From an uncultured Candidatus Bathyarchaeia archaeon (lineage in GTDB: Archaea > Thermoproteota > Bathyarchaeia > Hecatellales > Hecatellaceae), in NCBI GenBank assembly GCA_964484995.1, contig CAZAHF010000001.1, positions 672-64,671 on the forward strand: 64,000 bases of DNA. The letters run 5' to 3'. The stretch's first letter is position 1; the number at the start of each line of letters is the position of its first letter. This document shows positions 9,079-19,300 of the stretch, piece by piece. The notes under the pieces were generated by a model. It did no database searches, was not told the origin of the DNA, and saw only the letters and a program-made list of their open reading frames with translations. The translations under genes and the position numbers were made by a program.

Positions 9079-10347
9079 TTAAAACAAAATCACTTCTACT
9101 TCTTCTCCCTCTTTTAATCCTTCCCTGTTTTTAGGTATAACAATAAATCCGTCAGCTTTAACCATTGAGGAGATTACTCCAGCACCAGAAACTCTGATAG
9201 GCTCAGCATAAAGTTTCCTATCAACATTCTTCAAAGAAACTCTAACAAAATCCATTGTTCCAAGAGTTGAAGGAATATCCTTTGTAACTTTTGCTTTAAT
9301 AATACGTTCATACTTCTGATAGGGGATGTCTAACATTTCACAAAAGATTCTTTTAACAAAAACATGAAAAGCAACCATTGTTGAGACAGGGTAACCTGGA
9401 AGTAAAACAGCTGGTTTACCGTTAACCAAAGCTAAAGCTGTAGGTTTTCCAGGTCTAATTGAAACTCCATGAACAATTACTTTTGAGTTTTTTGTTTGGT
9501 TTACTGCTTGAGGCACAAAATCTTTTTCACCAACAGAAGTTCCACCACAAACAAGAATTAGGTCAGCTTTTTCCGAGGCTTCTAAAAGTTTAAGCTTAAT
9601 TAGCTCAACATCATCAGAAACAATACCTAAATCTACCGGTTCTCCGCCAATTTTTTTGATAGCTGAAAGAAGAAAATATCTATTTGAATCAAAAATTTTC
9701 CCTATAGAGGGAGTTTCACCATCTTTAGGTTCTACAAGTTCACTTCCAACAGAAAAAACTGCAACCTTAGGCTTACAAAAAACCCTAACCTTTTTTAATC
9801 CTAAAGCTGCAAGTAAACTTAAATCGTAGGGACTTAAAACAGTCCCTCTACTCAAAACTTTTTCTCCAACCTTAACATCTTCTCCAGCTTTTGAAACATT
9901 AGCACCAGCAGGAACAGAAGAATATACTATTAACTTATCTTCCCCAAGAACCTCTGTATATTCAACCATTACTACAGCATCAGCACCTTTAGGCAGAGGT
10001 GCACCAGTAAAAACTTTTACAGCTTCCATCTCTCCAACAGTAAGGTTTGAAGGTTTTCCAGCTTCAACATTACCAACTATTTTAAGGATAACCGGACTTG
10101 TTTTTGAAGCTCCAAATGTGTTTTTTGCTTTTACAGCATAACCATCCATAGCAGCCCTATCAAAAAACGGAATATTAGTAGTGCTAAAAACGTCAGAACC
10201 TAGAACTCTATCTAGGCTTTCAGTTAGATTAACCTCCTCAACATTCATCTTTCCTATACTTACGTTTTCAAGAAAACTTCTCCAAGCCTCTTCAACATTT
10301 AAAGTCTCAATAAAACCTCTTACCCTAACATCCTTCACAGAACCCAA
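9079..10347 (-). CDS. moeA: Molybdopterin molybdotransferase MoeA (422 aa), second tandem paralog
   Basis: Canonical MoeA length and motifs (FFDRAAMDGYAVKAKNTFGA, GGTSVGEKD). Confidence 0.85.
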   Translation of the reverse strand: MGSVKDVRVRGFIETLNVEEAWRSFLENVSIGKMNVEEVNLTESLDRVLGSDVFSTTNIPFFDRAAMDGYAVKAKNTFGASKTSPVILKIVGNVEAGKPSNLTVGEMEAVKVFTGAPLPKGADAVVMVEYTEVLGEDKLIVYSSVPAGANVSKAGEDVKVGEKVLSRGTVLSPYDLSLLAALGLKKVRVFCKPKVAVFSVGSELVEPKDGETPSIGKIFDSNRYFLLSAIKKIGGEPVDLGIVSDDVELIKLKLLEASEKADLILVCGGTSVGEKDFVPQAVNQTKNSKVIVHGVSIRPGKPTALALVNGKPAVLLPGYPVSTMVAFHVFVKRIFCEMLDIPYQKYERIIKAKVTKDIPSTLGTMDFVRVSLKNVDRKLYAEPIRVSGAGVISSMVKADGFIVIPKNREGLKEGEEVEVILF

Positions 10348-10368
10348 CAGTTTTTCAGCCTCAACAGA

Positions 10369-11220
10369 TTAACTTAACCCGTACTCTTTAAGGATTTTTT
10401 TAAATTTAACAGCATCCTCCTCTAAAACAGGGCTTTCAGAGATTATTACTCCACTAACACTGTATTCTTTTAGTGCTTCAGCTAAAAACCTAAAGTTTAT
10501 GTCACCCTTCTCAAAAATAAGATGCCTTTTCTCATCTCCAGAAGGTGAATACTCAATTTGGGTAAAATGTTGATGAAGATTTTTTAGTGCGTTTGAACCA
10601 AGCTCAGACTCTATCAGGTTAAGTATCCTTATAAAGTCCTCCTTTGTTTTTAGACATCCAGCACAACGTGCATGAATATGAGCCCAGTCAACAACAATCT
10701 TTTGGCCTGTTTCACGAACAATTTTTAGAACATCTTCAATAGGTCCAACTTGAGATTGTCTACCCATAGTTTCAATACCTATGGGTATAGGGCATTCATC
10801 AGCTATCTCATTTATGGCTTTAATAACCATCTTGTTTGCTTCTTCTCTTGAATGTTTCCCATAGTATGCTGGATGAACAACTGCTAATTCAGCATTATAA
10901 AGACTTCCAATTTTACATGTTTCAACTATCCTTTGCTGAGACTTTTTGATGGTAGTCTTATCTCCACAAAGATTGATAAAATAGGGTGCATGACATGAAA
11001 GTTTAACATCAAACTCTTTAGAGTAGTCTTTAAGCTTTAAGGCAACATCTCTATTCATTTTAACACCACGAACATACTGAACTTCAAGAGCATCTAAACC
11101 TATTCTTCTACAATATTCTAAGGCTTCTCTGTAACCTTTCCCTTTCATAGCAAGAGGTATACCTGCAGGTCCAACCCGAATCAAGAACAAACCTCCAAAA
11201 ACAGGATGGTAAAAGGGCAA
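10369..11220 (-). CDS. nfo: Endonuclease IV-like AP endonuclease (xylose-isomerase-like TIM barrel)
   Basis: Matches Nfo metal-site motifs: HAPYFINL (HxSYLINL), VVHPAYY (FHPGSH), GIETMGRQ (IENTAGQG), VVDWAHIHA (IDTCHAFA). Confidence 0.65.
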   Translation of the reverse strand: MPFYHPVFGGLFLIRVGPAGIPLAMKGKGYREALEYCRRIGLDALEVQYVRGVKMNRDVALKLKDYSKEFDVKLSCHAPYFINLCGDKTTIKKSQQRIVETCKIGSLYNAELAVVHPAYYGKHSREEANKMVIKAINEIADECPIPIGIETMGRQSQVGPIEDVLKIVRETGQKIVVDWAHIHARCAGCLKTKEDFIRILNLIESELGSNALKNLHQHFTQIEYSPSGDEKRHLIFEKGDINFRFLAEALKEYSVSGVIISESPVLEEDAVKFKKILKEYGLS

Positions 11221-11282
11221 TAATTATTTTTGTTTTAAAGCTACATATACCTAACCTTAAACAAGGTTAAAAAGAAGGGATG

Positions 11283-12290
11283 CTAAGCTAATTCTCTTAA
11301 TGCCTTCAACCTTTTAACAATGTTTGGATGGGTTGAAAAAATCTCCATTATTCTATCCGCTAAAGTTATTTTTCTTGATAAAATCTCGTTTACAAGCTGC
11401 TGATCTGAAACTCTTTTAAAACTTGAAATTTCTAAGCTATCCCTTTCAGCCCTATCAGGATCAGAGATAAAGAGGGTTTTAAAGCTACTTAAGTTACCTA
11501 TCTCTCTACGCTGGTAGCCTTTAAGTCTGCCAGTATGATAAACTATTTTAGCTAAAGCTTCTGAAAGTTTACGTGCACCATCCTCAACACGGATTACACT
11601 TTCTCTGTCAGCGTAATACTCTCTATATCGGCTTAAACCTAAAACAAACAAAGATAAAATCCAGTAGATAAGCAGACATATGCCTCCAATAGCCAAAGCT
11701 ACAACAGGTCCTCCACCATTTCTTGACTCATATCCTCTCCAACCACCAAACCATCCTGAAAGCAGTAGAGAGTAACCTAAAAAGTAGAAAATTGCAGGTA
11801 AAACTGAAACAAACATCATTATCTGAACATCTTTATGTTTTAGATGGCCTAACTCATGTCCAACCACAGCTTCAACCTCTTCATCCTCTAAAACTCTTAA
11901 AAGTTCTTTTGTAACTGCAACTCTATTTCCTGTTAAAGGTGAACCGTAAGCAAAAGCATTTGGTATTGGAAGGTTTGCAACCATAACTTTTGGCATTTCT
12001 TTAAACCCCATTTTTCTACTTAAACTCTCAACAATTCTGTAAAGTTTTGGATTCTCGTTTGGTTTAACCTCACGTACACGGTAAAGAGTCTCAATCATTC
12101 TTGGAGCAAAAAGCCATTGGAGAAGATTAAACATAATAACTATTACAGCTAAAACAAAAAGGTTTAAAGAACCAATCCAAGTTAAAATTGCTGCAAAAAA
12201 TAGGGTTGATATGGCTATGATAAGTGTAAGTGTTCCATACATGGATAGGTAAAGCTTTAAGGCTCCCATAACCTTACCACTTATAATCAT
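11283..12290 (-). CDS. htpX: HtpX-like M48 zinc metalloprotease, membrane-bound
   Basis: HEXXH zinc motif (HELGHLKH) flanked by TM helices; N-terminal double TM segment. Confidence 0.8.
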   Translation of the reverse strand: MIISGKVMGALKLYLSMYGTLTLIIAISTLFFAAILTWIGSLNLFVLAVIVIMFNLLQWLFAPRMIETLYRVREVKPNENPKLYRIVESLSRKMGFKEMPKVMVANLPIPNAFAYGSPLTGNRVAVTKELLRVLEDEEVEAVVGHELGHLKHKDVQIMMFVSVLPAIFYFLGYSLLLSGWFGGWRGYESRNGGGPVVALAIGGICLLIYWILSLFVLGLSRYREYYADRESVIRVEDGARKLSEALAKIVYHTGRLKGYQRREIGNLSSFKTLFISDPDRAERDSLEISSFKRVSDQQLVNEILSRKITLADRIMEIFSTHPNIVKRLKALRELA

Positions 12291-12339
12291 TTAAAAAGGA
12301 AAATATAACCTTTAACCCATAGGGAGAGGCTATAGCTTC

Positions 12340-12735
12340 TTATTTAGGCTTTTTTAAAAGCAGTATTCTTGCCGCAAGTAAAGCAGCATTTTCACCATTA
12401 TCTATACCTACACACGCGACAGGAACACCTTTAGGCATCTGAACTATGGAAAGTAACGCATCTAAACCTCCAAGCCTTACATTAACAGGAACACCTATTA
12501 CTGGTTTATCTGTTCTTGAAGCAATAAATCCGGGTAGATGAGCGGAAAGACCAGCTATAGCAATAAAAACTTTTGCATCACATTTTTCCAGATACTCTTC
12601 AAGCTTCTTAGGATTTCGGTGTGCAGAAAGAACTTTAACCTCATAGGTTAAACCATATTCATCAAGAACTTTAACTGCTTTTTCAGCAATAGGCCTATCA
12701 GTTTCACTTCCAATTATAATGGCAACATCAACCAT
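12340..12735 (-). CDS. purE: PurE (N5-CAIR mutase / AIR carboxylase catalytic subunit)
   Basis: Flavodoxin-like PurE fold with the SAHR motif (VLSAHRNP) and glycine-rich loop. Position within the pur operon supports the call. Confidence 0.8.
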   Translation of the reverse strand: MVDVAIIIGSETDRPIAEKAVKVLDEYGLTYEVKVLSAHRNPKKLEEYLEKCDAKVFIAIAGLSAHLPGFIASRTDKPVIGVPVNVRLGGLDALLSIVQMPKGVPVACVGIDNGENAALLAARILLLKKPK

Positions 12736-12759
12736 CTTTCACTATCCCGCCTCATCCAC

Positions 12760-14241
12760 CTAAGTCTCTAAAACTATTTTTCCTCTTTTAGGTATCCATT
12801 CAATAGTTTTACCAATAAGACCTTTTTTAGCTCTATAACGGTAGACAGCTCTAATCAAGTTTGCCTGCTCAATTCTTTTTTCTAGAAGCTGTTTTGAGCC
12901 TATATCGCTTCGGTGGAAAACTCCCCAACCATCCTCTAACCAAACATAGGGTATACAAGCCTCAACTTTTTCACCCGCCTCAGGTATAGTTTTACCCTTA
13001 CCAAAAATTTCAACAAGCCTAGAACCACCGGAAACAATTTTACCATCTGGCTTTAAGTCTGTTGAAGCAAAATAGACTTTACATCCTCTTCTCTCAATAG
13101 CCTTAACATCAACATGAATAGGATGACCCTTAGCCAAGTTTCTTTCTTCAGGATAGCCTTTTGGAGCAACACATTTAACAACTGTTGCAACATCTTCAAA
13201 CTCTAACTTAACCTTGTTTAGTCTTTCATCTATAATTGCTTCACAAACCTCTATAAGGTCTGTTTTAAGAATAGGAAGAACATTCACAGCTTCAGGGTCG
13301 CCAAGCCTACTATAAAACTCTATGATTGTTGGACCCCAAGCAGCTGTACACATCATCTGACCAGAAACAATACCCTTATATTTTTCACCAGTCTCCTTCT
13401 CAACAGCTCTAACACATCTTCTAACAATCTCAACAGATTTTTCAAATTCGTCTCTGGTTATAAATGGAAGAAACATACCTTTACCAGCTATAGAACCCAT
13501 ACCACCTGTTTCAGGTCCAATATCCATCTCAAAAGCATTCTTATTATCCTGAACCAAAGGTAAAGGTTTAACAGTTCTTCCATCAGTAAACGTTTGAAGT
13601 GTATATTCAGGGCCTTCAACCCTTTCCTCGATCAAAATTCTATCTTCTATGTCTGTATAGTCCTTCATATATTTCTCATGAATAGCTTTAGTATGTTCTT
13701 CTTTAACATGTGCTTTTTCTTGGCTTAGGTAAGCCTGAAGATCAGCTATAACTTTAACACCTTTCCCTCCAGCCTGTCTAGCTGGTTTTAAAGCTACACT
13801 TTCAGCATACTCGTGTATGTAGGCTACAGCATCCTCAACATTTTTGAATGCCTTAAATCTAAGTCTTCCAGGAATCCTATACTTCCACATAAGTCTCCTC
13901 ATAAAAGCCTTAGACATCTCAAGTTCAGCTGAACTACGTTTAGCACCAATACATGGTATCCCCTCTTTTTCTAACTCATCAGAAACACCACGAAACAGAG
14001 GTTCCTCAGGACCAACAAAAACAAAGTCTACCCTATACTTTTTTGCAGTTTCAACAACAGTTTTGGGGTCTTGAGAATTTCCAAGAGTAACCTCTCCACC
14101 AGTAACCTTACATAAGGAGGCTATACCAGGATTGTTTAACCTCATAACAGCATAAAGTTTAGGGTCTAATCTGCTTCTACATAAAGCCTCAGCTATTGCA
14201 TGTTCACGTGCGGCTTCACCAACCAACAAAACCTTAACCAC
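12760..14241 (-). CDS. purD: Phosphoribosylamine-glycine ligase (GAR synthetase)
   Basis: Typical PurD N-terminus (KVLLVGEAAREHAIAEAL) and an ATP-grasp region. It sits in the pur operon. Confidence 0.85.
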   Translation of the reverse strand: MVKVLLVGEAAREHAIAEALCRSRLDPKLYAVMRLNNPGIASLCKVTGGEVTLGNSQDPKTVVETAKKYRVDFVFVGPEEPLFRGVSDELEKEGIPCIGAKRSSAELEMSKAFMRRLMWKYRIPGRLRFKAFKNVEDAVAYIHEYAESVALKPARQAGGKGVKVIADLQAYLSQEKAHVKEEHTKAIHEKYMKDYTDIEDRILIEERVEGPEYTLQTFTDGRTVKPLPLVQDNKNAFEMDIGPETGGMGSIAGKGMFLPFITRDEFEKSVEIVRRCVRAVEKETGEKYKGIVSGQMMCTAAWGPTIIEFYSRLGDPEAVNVLPILKTDLIEVCEAIIDERLNKVKLEFEDVATVVKCVAPKGYPEERNLAKGHPIHVDVKAIERRGCKVYFASTDLKPDGKIVSGGSRLVEIFGKGKTIPEAGEKVEACIPYVWLEDGWGVFHRSDIGSKQLLEKRIEQANLIRAVYRYRAKKGLIGKTIEWIPKRGKIVLET

Positions 14242-14259
14242 ATCTTCTTCCTCCCAAAC

Positions 14260-15597
14260 CTAACTAATAGGATACTTGCCTGTAAAACATCCTAAACAAA
14301 GATTTTTTCTAGGTATACCTATTGCCTCAACAAGGCCTTTTAGACTTAGCCAGTAAAAGGTGTCAGCTCCAACAACCTTACTTACCTCTTCAGCATTAAG
14401 ATGAACAGCTATAAGCTCATCTTTTGGCGGAACATCTGTTCCAAACGGACATTGAGCTATAAGTCTTGGACTACCAATCCTTACATGAACCTCTTTTGCC
14501 CCCATCTTGTTTCGCATAAGGTTAACAGTATTCTTGGTTGTTGTCCCTCTAACAACACTATCATCTATTAACACAACCCTTTTTCCAGCTATAGCTGCTC
14601 TTATAGGGTTTAGCTTTAGCTGAACACCAACTATCCGCTCAAACTCTGTTGGTTTAATAGCGCTTCTAATTCTTCTACCAGTCTGAACAAAACCTATCCC
14701 CATAGGTGTTTTTGTCTTGTTTGAGTAGGCTACAGCAAAAGGTATGGCTGTCTCAGGAACACCTAAAACAACTTCACTTCGGTTTACTTTATGCTCCTCA
14801 GCAAGTTTTTCACCAATCTTCATTCTAACCTCATAAATACTCTTACCATTAATTATTGAGTCGGGTCTTGCATAGTAAACATATTCAAAAGCACAGAATC
14901 TTGGGTTTGGCTTTAACACTTGCTTTCTCTCAATACTGTATGCATCAAAAAAATAGATTTCACCAGGCTGAACATCATTTTTAAAGTCTGCACCTATAAC
15001 ATCCATAACACAACTTTCAGACGCAACAACCCCATAATCAAAACCAAAACTTCCAATAGTTAAAGGTTTAACACCATAACTGTCTCTAGCTACAACCATC
15101 TCTCCACTCCCTGTTAAAGCAATAAGCGAATAAGCACCTTTCACTTTACCCATAAGACTAACAATAGCCTCCACAGCTTTCCCTGTTCTTTCTAACTCTA
15201 AAGAAAAAAGTTTGGCTAAAAATTCAGCATCATCTTCACAGTTTATACCTTCTTTTTCAGCTAACTCTCTAAAATTCAATATTTTTCCATCATAACATAA
15301 AGCCACAGGTTTCGGCTCCCAAACAACTATAGGTTGAATTTTTGAGGGATCTTTCTGAGGTATTGAGGTTACACTTCCAATACCAATCCAACCTTGAAGA
15401 TTTTCTATTGTTTCAGGCTCTGAAAACACCTGGTCCACAAGTCCAACATTTTTATGGTAGCTTAAACTTTCACCATTAAAAGTTACAATTCCACAGTTTT
15501 CCTGTCCACGATGTTGAAGAGCTAAAAGTGAATAATAAATAAAACGAGCCATTCTCCATTCTTTACTAAACCCATATATTCCAACTATTCCACCCAA
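14260..15597 (-). CDS. Amidophosphoribosyltransferase paralog with degenerate glutaminase site (445 aa)
   Basis: Full PurF architecture: PRPP loop VVLIDDSVVRGTT and Fe-S cysteines CPFG...CLGCFTG. The N-terminus reads (TTG)-GGIVGIYG, so Gly replaces the Ntn Cys, and the oxyanion NG is replaced by DG. An in-frame stop lies 6 codons upstream of the start, so no upstream Cys is possible. Confidence 0.75.
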   Translation of the reverse strand: MGGIVGIYGFSKEWRMARFIYYSLLALQHRGQENCGIVTFNGESLSYHKNVGLVDQVFSEPETIENLQGWIGIGSVTSIPQKDPSKIQPIVVWEPKPVALCYDGKILNFRELAEKEGINCEDDAEFLAKLFSLELERTGKAVEAIVSLMGKVKGAYSLIALTGSGEMVVARDSYGVKPLTIGSFGFDYGVVASESCVMDVIGADFKNDVQPGEIYFFDAYSIERKQVLKPNPRFCAFEYVYYARPDSIINGKSIYEVRMKIGEKLAEEHKVNRSEVVLGVPETAIPFAVAYSNKTKTPMGIGFVQTGRRIRSAIKPTEFERIVGVQLKLNPIRAAIAGKRVVLIDDSVVRGTTTKNTVNLMRNKMGAKEVHVRIGSPRLIAQCPFGTDVPPKDELIAVHLNAEEVSKVVGADTFYWLSLKGLVEAIGIPRKNLCLGCFTGKYPIS

Positions 15598-15615
15598 ATT
15601 TTTCCACCTTCTAAC

Positions 15616-17055
15616 CTAAAAATTAAATTCAACATATCTACCTTCAACATATTGAGCTTTACCTTTCATTGTATCAGCTAGCTTTTGGGCTTTTGGTGTA
15701 GGATACTCGCCAGTTAAACATGCTAAACAAAGGTTTTCCCTACTAATTCCTATCGCATCAACAAGGTTTTCTATTGTCTGATATCCTAGGGAGTCTGCAC
15801 CTATAATTTTGCATATTTCTTCAACAGACCTTTTCGAGGCTATAAGCTCTCTATGAGTTGCTATGTCTATCCCATAAAAGCATGGGGAAATTATTGGTGG
15901 ACATGTTATTCTTACATGAACCTCTTTTGCCCCTGCTCTTCTAATCATTTGAATTATGTTTCTAATGGTTGTTCCTCTAACAATACTATCATCAATAAGT
16001 ATAATTTTTTTGTCTTTAAGCACAGACCTAAGAGGATTTAGCTTAACTCTAACAGCATTCTCTCTTAAATCTTGTTTTGGCATAATAAAGGTTCTATGAA
16101 TATACCTATTCTTTATTAAACCTTCTGCTACCGGGAGACCTGTATACCTAGCCATTCCTTCTGCAGCAGGTCTTGATGTATCCGGAACAGGAACAATAAC
16201 ATCCGCATCATCTCCACCATAAGTTTTTGCAAGATTTATACCAAGCCTTAACCTAACATCATAAACACTTCTCTCTTCAATCACAGAGTCTGGACGGCTA
16301 AAATAAACAAACTCAAACATGCAATAAGCTCTTTTACCTGTTCTCATAAAACACTTTCTTTCAACACCAGAATCAGAAATTAGGATAGCTTCACCAGGTT
16401 TAACATCAGAAACAAGTTTTCCACCAAGCATATCAACAGCAACACTTTCAGAAGCACCTATAAAGGCCGAGTCTGTTTCACCAAAACATAAAGGTTTAAA
16501 CCCTAACGGGTCTCTAAAAATAAGGATTTTTTCATCACCAGTAAGACAGACAGCAGAGTAAGCTCCCTCAACAGATTTTGAAAGCTCTGAAAGAGCATCA
16601 AAAAAATCACCTGTTTCTCTAAACTCACGTAACAAAATATTTAATAAAAGTTCAGCATCAGAAGTTGAGGTAAAATAGACTCCACTTTTTCTAAGTTTTT
16701 CTTTAAGCTCTACATAGTTTACTATGGTTCCATTATAGGCTAAAGCTGTACTGTCAAGGTTAAAGGGTTGAGCATCTGTTAGGCTTGATTTTCCAACAGT
16801 TGAATATCTTACATGACCTATTCCAAACCTACTTTTAAGCATTGATAACTCTGTCAAGGATAATGCTTCAGCAACAAGCCCCATTTCCTTTCTTAGATAA
16901 AGGCCTCCATTACCAGTTGTTAAAGCAATTCCAGCAGATTCTTGTCCACGATGCTGAAGAGCCATAAGCCCATAAAAGATATTTTCTGCAACATTTCCCT
17001 CTTTATCATGAATACCTATTACTCCACAAGCTTCTTTTAGACTCATGGTTTTCAA
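15616..17055 (-). CDS. purF: Amidophosphoribosyltransferase (canonical, with 9-aa propeptide before Cys)
   Basis: MKTMSLKEA-CGVIGI propeptide plus Cys1 resembles B. subtilis PurF. HVRYST, LAYNGTIVN, PRPP loop IILIDDSIVRGTT and Fe-S ligands CFYGID / CLACLTGEYP are present. Confidence 0.85.
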   Translation of the reverse strand: MKTMSLKEACGVIGIHDKEGNVAENIFYGLMALQHRGQESAGIALTTGNGGLYLRKEMGLVAEALSLTELSMLKSRFGIGHVRYSTVGKSSLTDAQPFNLDSTALAYNGTIVNYVELKEKLRKSGVYFTSTSDAELLLNILLREFRETGDFFDALSELSKSVEGAYSAVCLTGDEKILIFRDPLGFKPLCFGETDSAFIGASESVAVDMLGGKLVSDVKPGEAILISDSGVERKCFMRTGKRAYCMFEFVYFSRPDSVIEERSVYDVRLRLGINLAKTYGGDDADVIVPVPDTSRPAAEGMARYTGLPVAEGLIKNRYIHRTFIMPKQDLRENAVRVKLNPLRSVLKDKKIILIDDSIVRGTTIRNIIQMIRRAGAKEVHVRITCPPIISPCFYGIDIATHRELIASKRSVEEICKIIGADSLGYQTIENLVDAIGISRENLCLACLTGEYPTPKAQKLADTMKGKAQYVEGRYVEFNF

Positions 17056-17056
17056 C

Positions 17057-19297
17057 CTACACTCCCTCCATAGCTTTTGGTATTGCTTCCTTCCATGTTT
17101 TCTCCATTAAACTAACAGAACACTCAACAACCTCATTCAAACCCCTCATAAGAATAAACCTATCATCATCAACAACCTCCCCTATAACATTTGCTGGAGC
17201 ACCCCATTTACTAGCAATTTTTAATATCTCTTCCGCCGACTCTTTACCCGATGTTGTTAAAACAACCCTTGAATAAGACTCTGAAAACAGTAGTTCATCA
17301 AGCCTTATCAGCCTAGCTGATGGAACATTTGAAAGGTCTACCCTAACACCCATCTTCCCCTTTATAGCCATTAAAGCTAAGGCTACAGCAAGCCCACCTT
17401 TTGAACAGTCATGAGCCGCGGTTACAAGCCCATTTCTAATAGCCTCCATAACAGTTTGAACTGTTGCTTTTTCTCTTTTTCCATCAGCTTTTGGAGGTTT
17501 TCCACCAGTTAAATTATGAATTTCATGGTAGTATTCCGATCCTCCAAGCTCTGGATAAGTTTTTCCAACTAAAACTATGAGGTCTCCATGATTCTTAAAG
17601 GCCATAGTAGTTATCCAATCTAAGTTTTCAATTAAACCTAACATTACAACTACAATGCTTGGCTTAACCGCAACCTTTGTTTTTTCATCTTCATTATAAA
17701 AGCTAACATTTCCGCCTACACATGGTATCCCTAAAGCTTTACTCATGTAAGCTAAACCCTCAACTCCACGTTTAAACTGCCAAAAAACTTCAGGGTTTTC
17801 TGGATTACCAAAATTACAGCAGTCCGTATAGGCTAAAGGTTCTGCCCCAACACAAACAACATTTCTTGCAGCTTCAGCAAGAGCACCAGCAGACCCATTA
17901 AACGGATCCAAATAGCTATGACGACTATTACAGTCAGCTTTTGCTGCAATAGCCCTATCTGTTTCAAGAATTCTAAGAACAGCAGCATCAGAGTTTCCTG
18001 GTTTTAAAATTGTTCTAACACCAACCTCATGGTCATACTGTTGGTAGACCCACTCTTTACATGCAATATTTGGTGCTTCTAGAAGCCTGTAAAGAGTTTC
18101 TGAAAGGTCTTCTGGCTCCTTAGGTTTCTTAACATTTAAAAGCCTTTTAAGGTAGGATGGTTTTTTAGCTTTTCTTCTAACTATTGGTGCTTCAGCCAAA
18201 TATTTTGGTGGAATTGAAGCAACAACTTCTCCCTTAAATTTTGCAACAAGCAAACCTGTATCTGTAACCTTTCCAATAATCGAGTAAGAAATTTCATATT
18301 TTTCCAGAATTCTTTTAACTTCATCAACTCCCTTAGGATCAACAGCAAGCAGCATTCTTTCTTGAGACTCTGAAAGTAGAAGCTCATAAGGATTCATACC
18401 TTCTTCACGAACATGTATCTTCTCTAACTCAATTTCAACACCAGTCCCGCCTTTAGCAGCCATTTCCGAAGTTGCACATGTTAGACCTCCACCACCGAGA
18501 TCTTTTACTCCATGCACATAACCAGTCCCTAAAATTTCAAGTACAGCCTCAATAAGAAGCTTTTTTGTAAAGGGATCTCCAATCTGAACTGAAGGTCTAT
18601 CTTCCTCAGACTTTTCACCTATAGTTTTTGATGCGAAGGTTACACCATGAATTCCATCTCTTCCTGTTGCACCACCAATAAGAACAAGTAAATCTCCTGG
18701 ATGTTCAAACTTAGCTAAGAATATTTTATCTTTTTTTGCTACACCGTAACATGCAACATTAACCAAACAGTTTGTCTCAAAACTTTCATCAAACTCTACC
18801 TCACCAGCAACCGTTGGAATACCTATACAGTTTCCGTAATCACCTATTCCTTTAACAACATAACGGAAAAGCCATTTTGTACGTCCAGTGTTTAATTTAC
18901 CAAACCTTAAAGGGTCTATGAGCAAAATAGGCCTTGCACCTGTAGCAAGAATATCTCTAACAATTCCACCTATACCTGTTGCAGCCCCATTATATGGTTC
19001 AATAGCTGAAGGATGATTATGGCTTTCAACTTTAAACGCTACTACATAACCATCTCCAACATCAACAATACCTGAGTCATAACCAGGACCAACAACAACT
19101 CTGGGTGAGGTTGTAGGTAGCTTCTTAAGAACTGGCCGGCTACTCTTATAAGAACAGTGCTCAGACCACATAATATCAAACATTCCCCATTCAGCAGGAG
19201 TAGGCTCTCTACCTAAAAGCCTCCTAATAGTTTTAATCTCTCTGTTTGAGAGGTTTACCTTAACAGGGATAGTTTTAGACTTAACCATAATCACCAT
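17057..19297 (-). CDS. purL: FGAM synthase II, large subunit PurL
   Basis: 746-aa PurM-like tandem domain protein with typical archaeal/Gram-positive PurL length and motifs. It sits in the operon between purQ and purF. Confidence 0.9.
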   Translation of the reverse strand: MVIMVKSKTIPVKVNLSNREIKTIRRLLGREPTPAEWGMFDIMWSEHCSYKSSRPVLKKLPTTSPRVVVGPGYDSGIVDVGDGYVVAFKVESHNHPSAIEPYNGAATGIGGIVRDILATGARPILLIDPLRFGKLNTGRTKWLFRYVVKGIGDYGNCIGIPTVAGEVEFDESFETNCLVNVACYGVAKKDKIFLAKFEHPGDLLVLIGGATGRDGIHGVTFASKTIGEKSEEDRPSVQIGDPFTKKLLIEAVLEILGTGYVHGVKDLGGGGLTCATSEMAAKGGTGVEIELEKIHVREEGMNPYELLLSESQERMLLAVDPKGVDEVKRILEKYEISYSIIGKVTDTGLLVAKFKGEVVASIPPKYLAEAPIVRRKAKKPSYLKRLLNVKKPKEPEDLSETLYRLLEAPNIACKEWVYQQYDHEVGVRTILKPGNSDAAVLRILETDRAIAAKADCNSRHSYLDPFNGSAGALAEAARNVVCVGAEPLAYTDCCNFGNPENPEVFWQFKRGVEGLAYMSKALGIPCVGGNVSFYNEDEKTKVAVKPSIVVVMLGLIENLDWITTMAFKNHGDLIVLVGKTYPELGGSEYYHEIHNLTGGKPPKADGKREKATVQTVMEAIRNGLVTAAHDCSKGGLAVALALMAIKGKMGVRVDLSNVPSARLIRLDELLFSESYSRVVLTTSGKESAEEILKIASKWGAPANVIGEVVDDDRFILMRGLNEVVECSVSLMEKTWKEAIPKAMEGV

Positions 19298-19300
19298 CCA

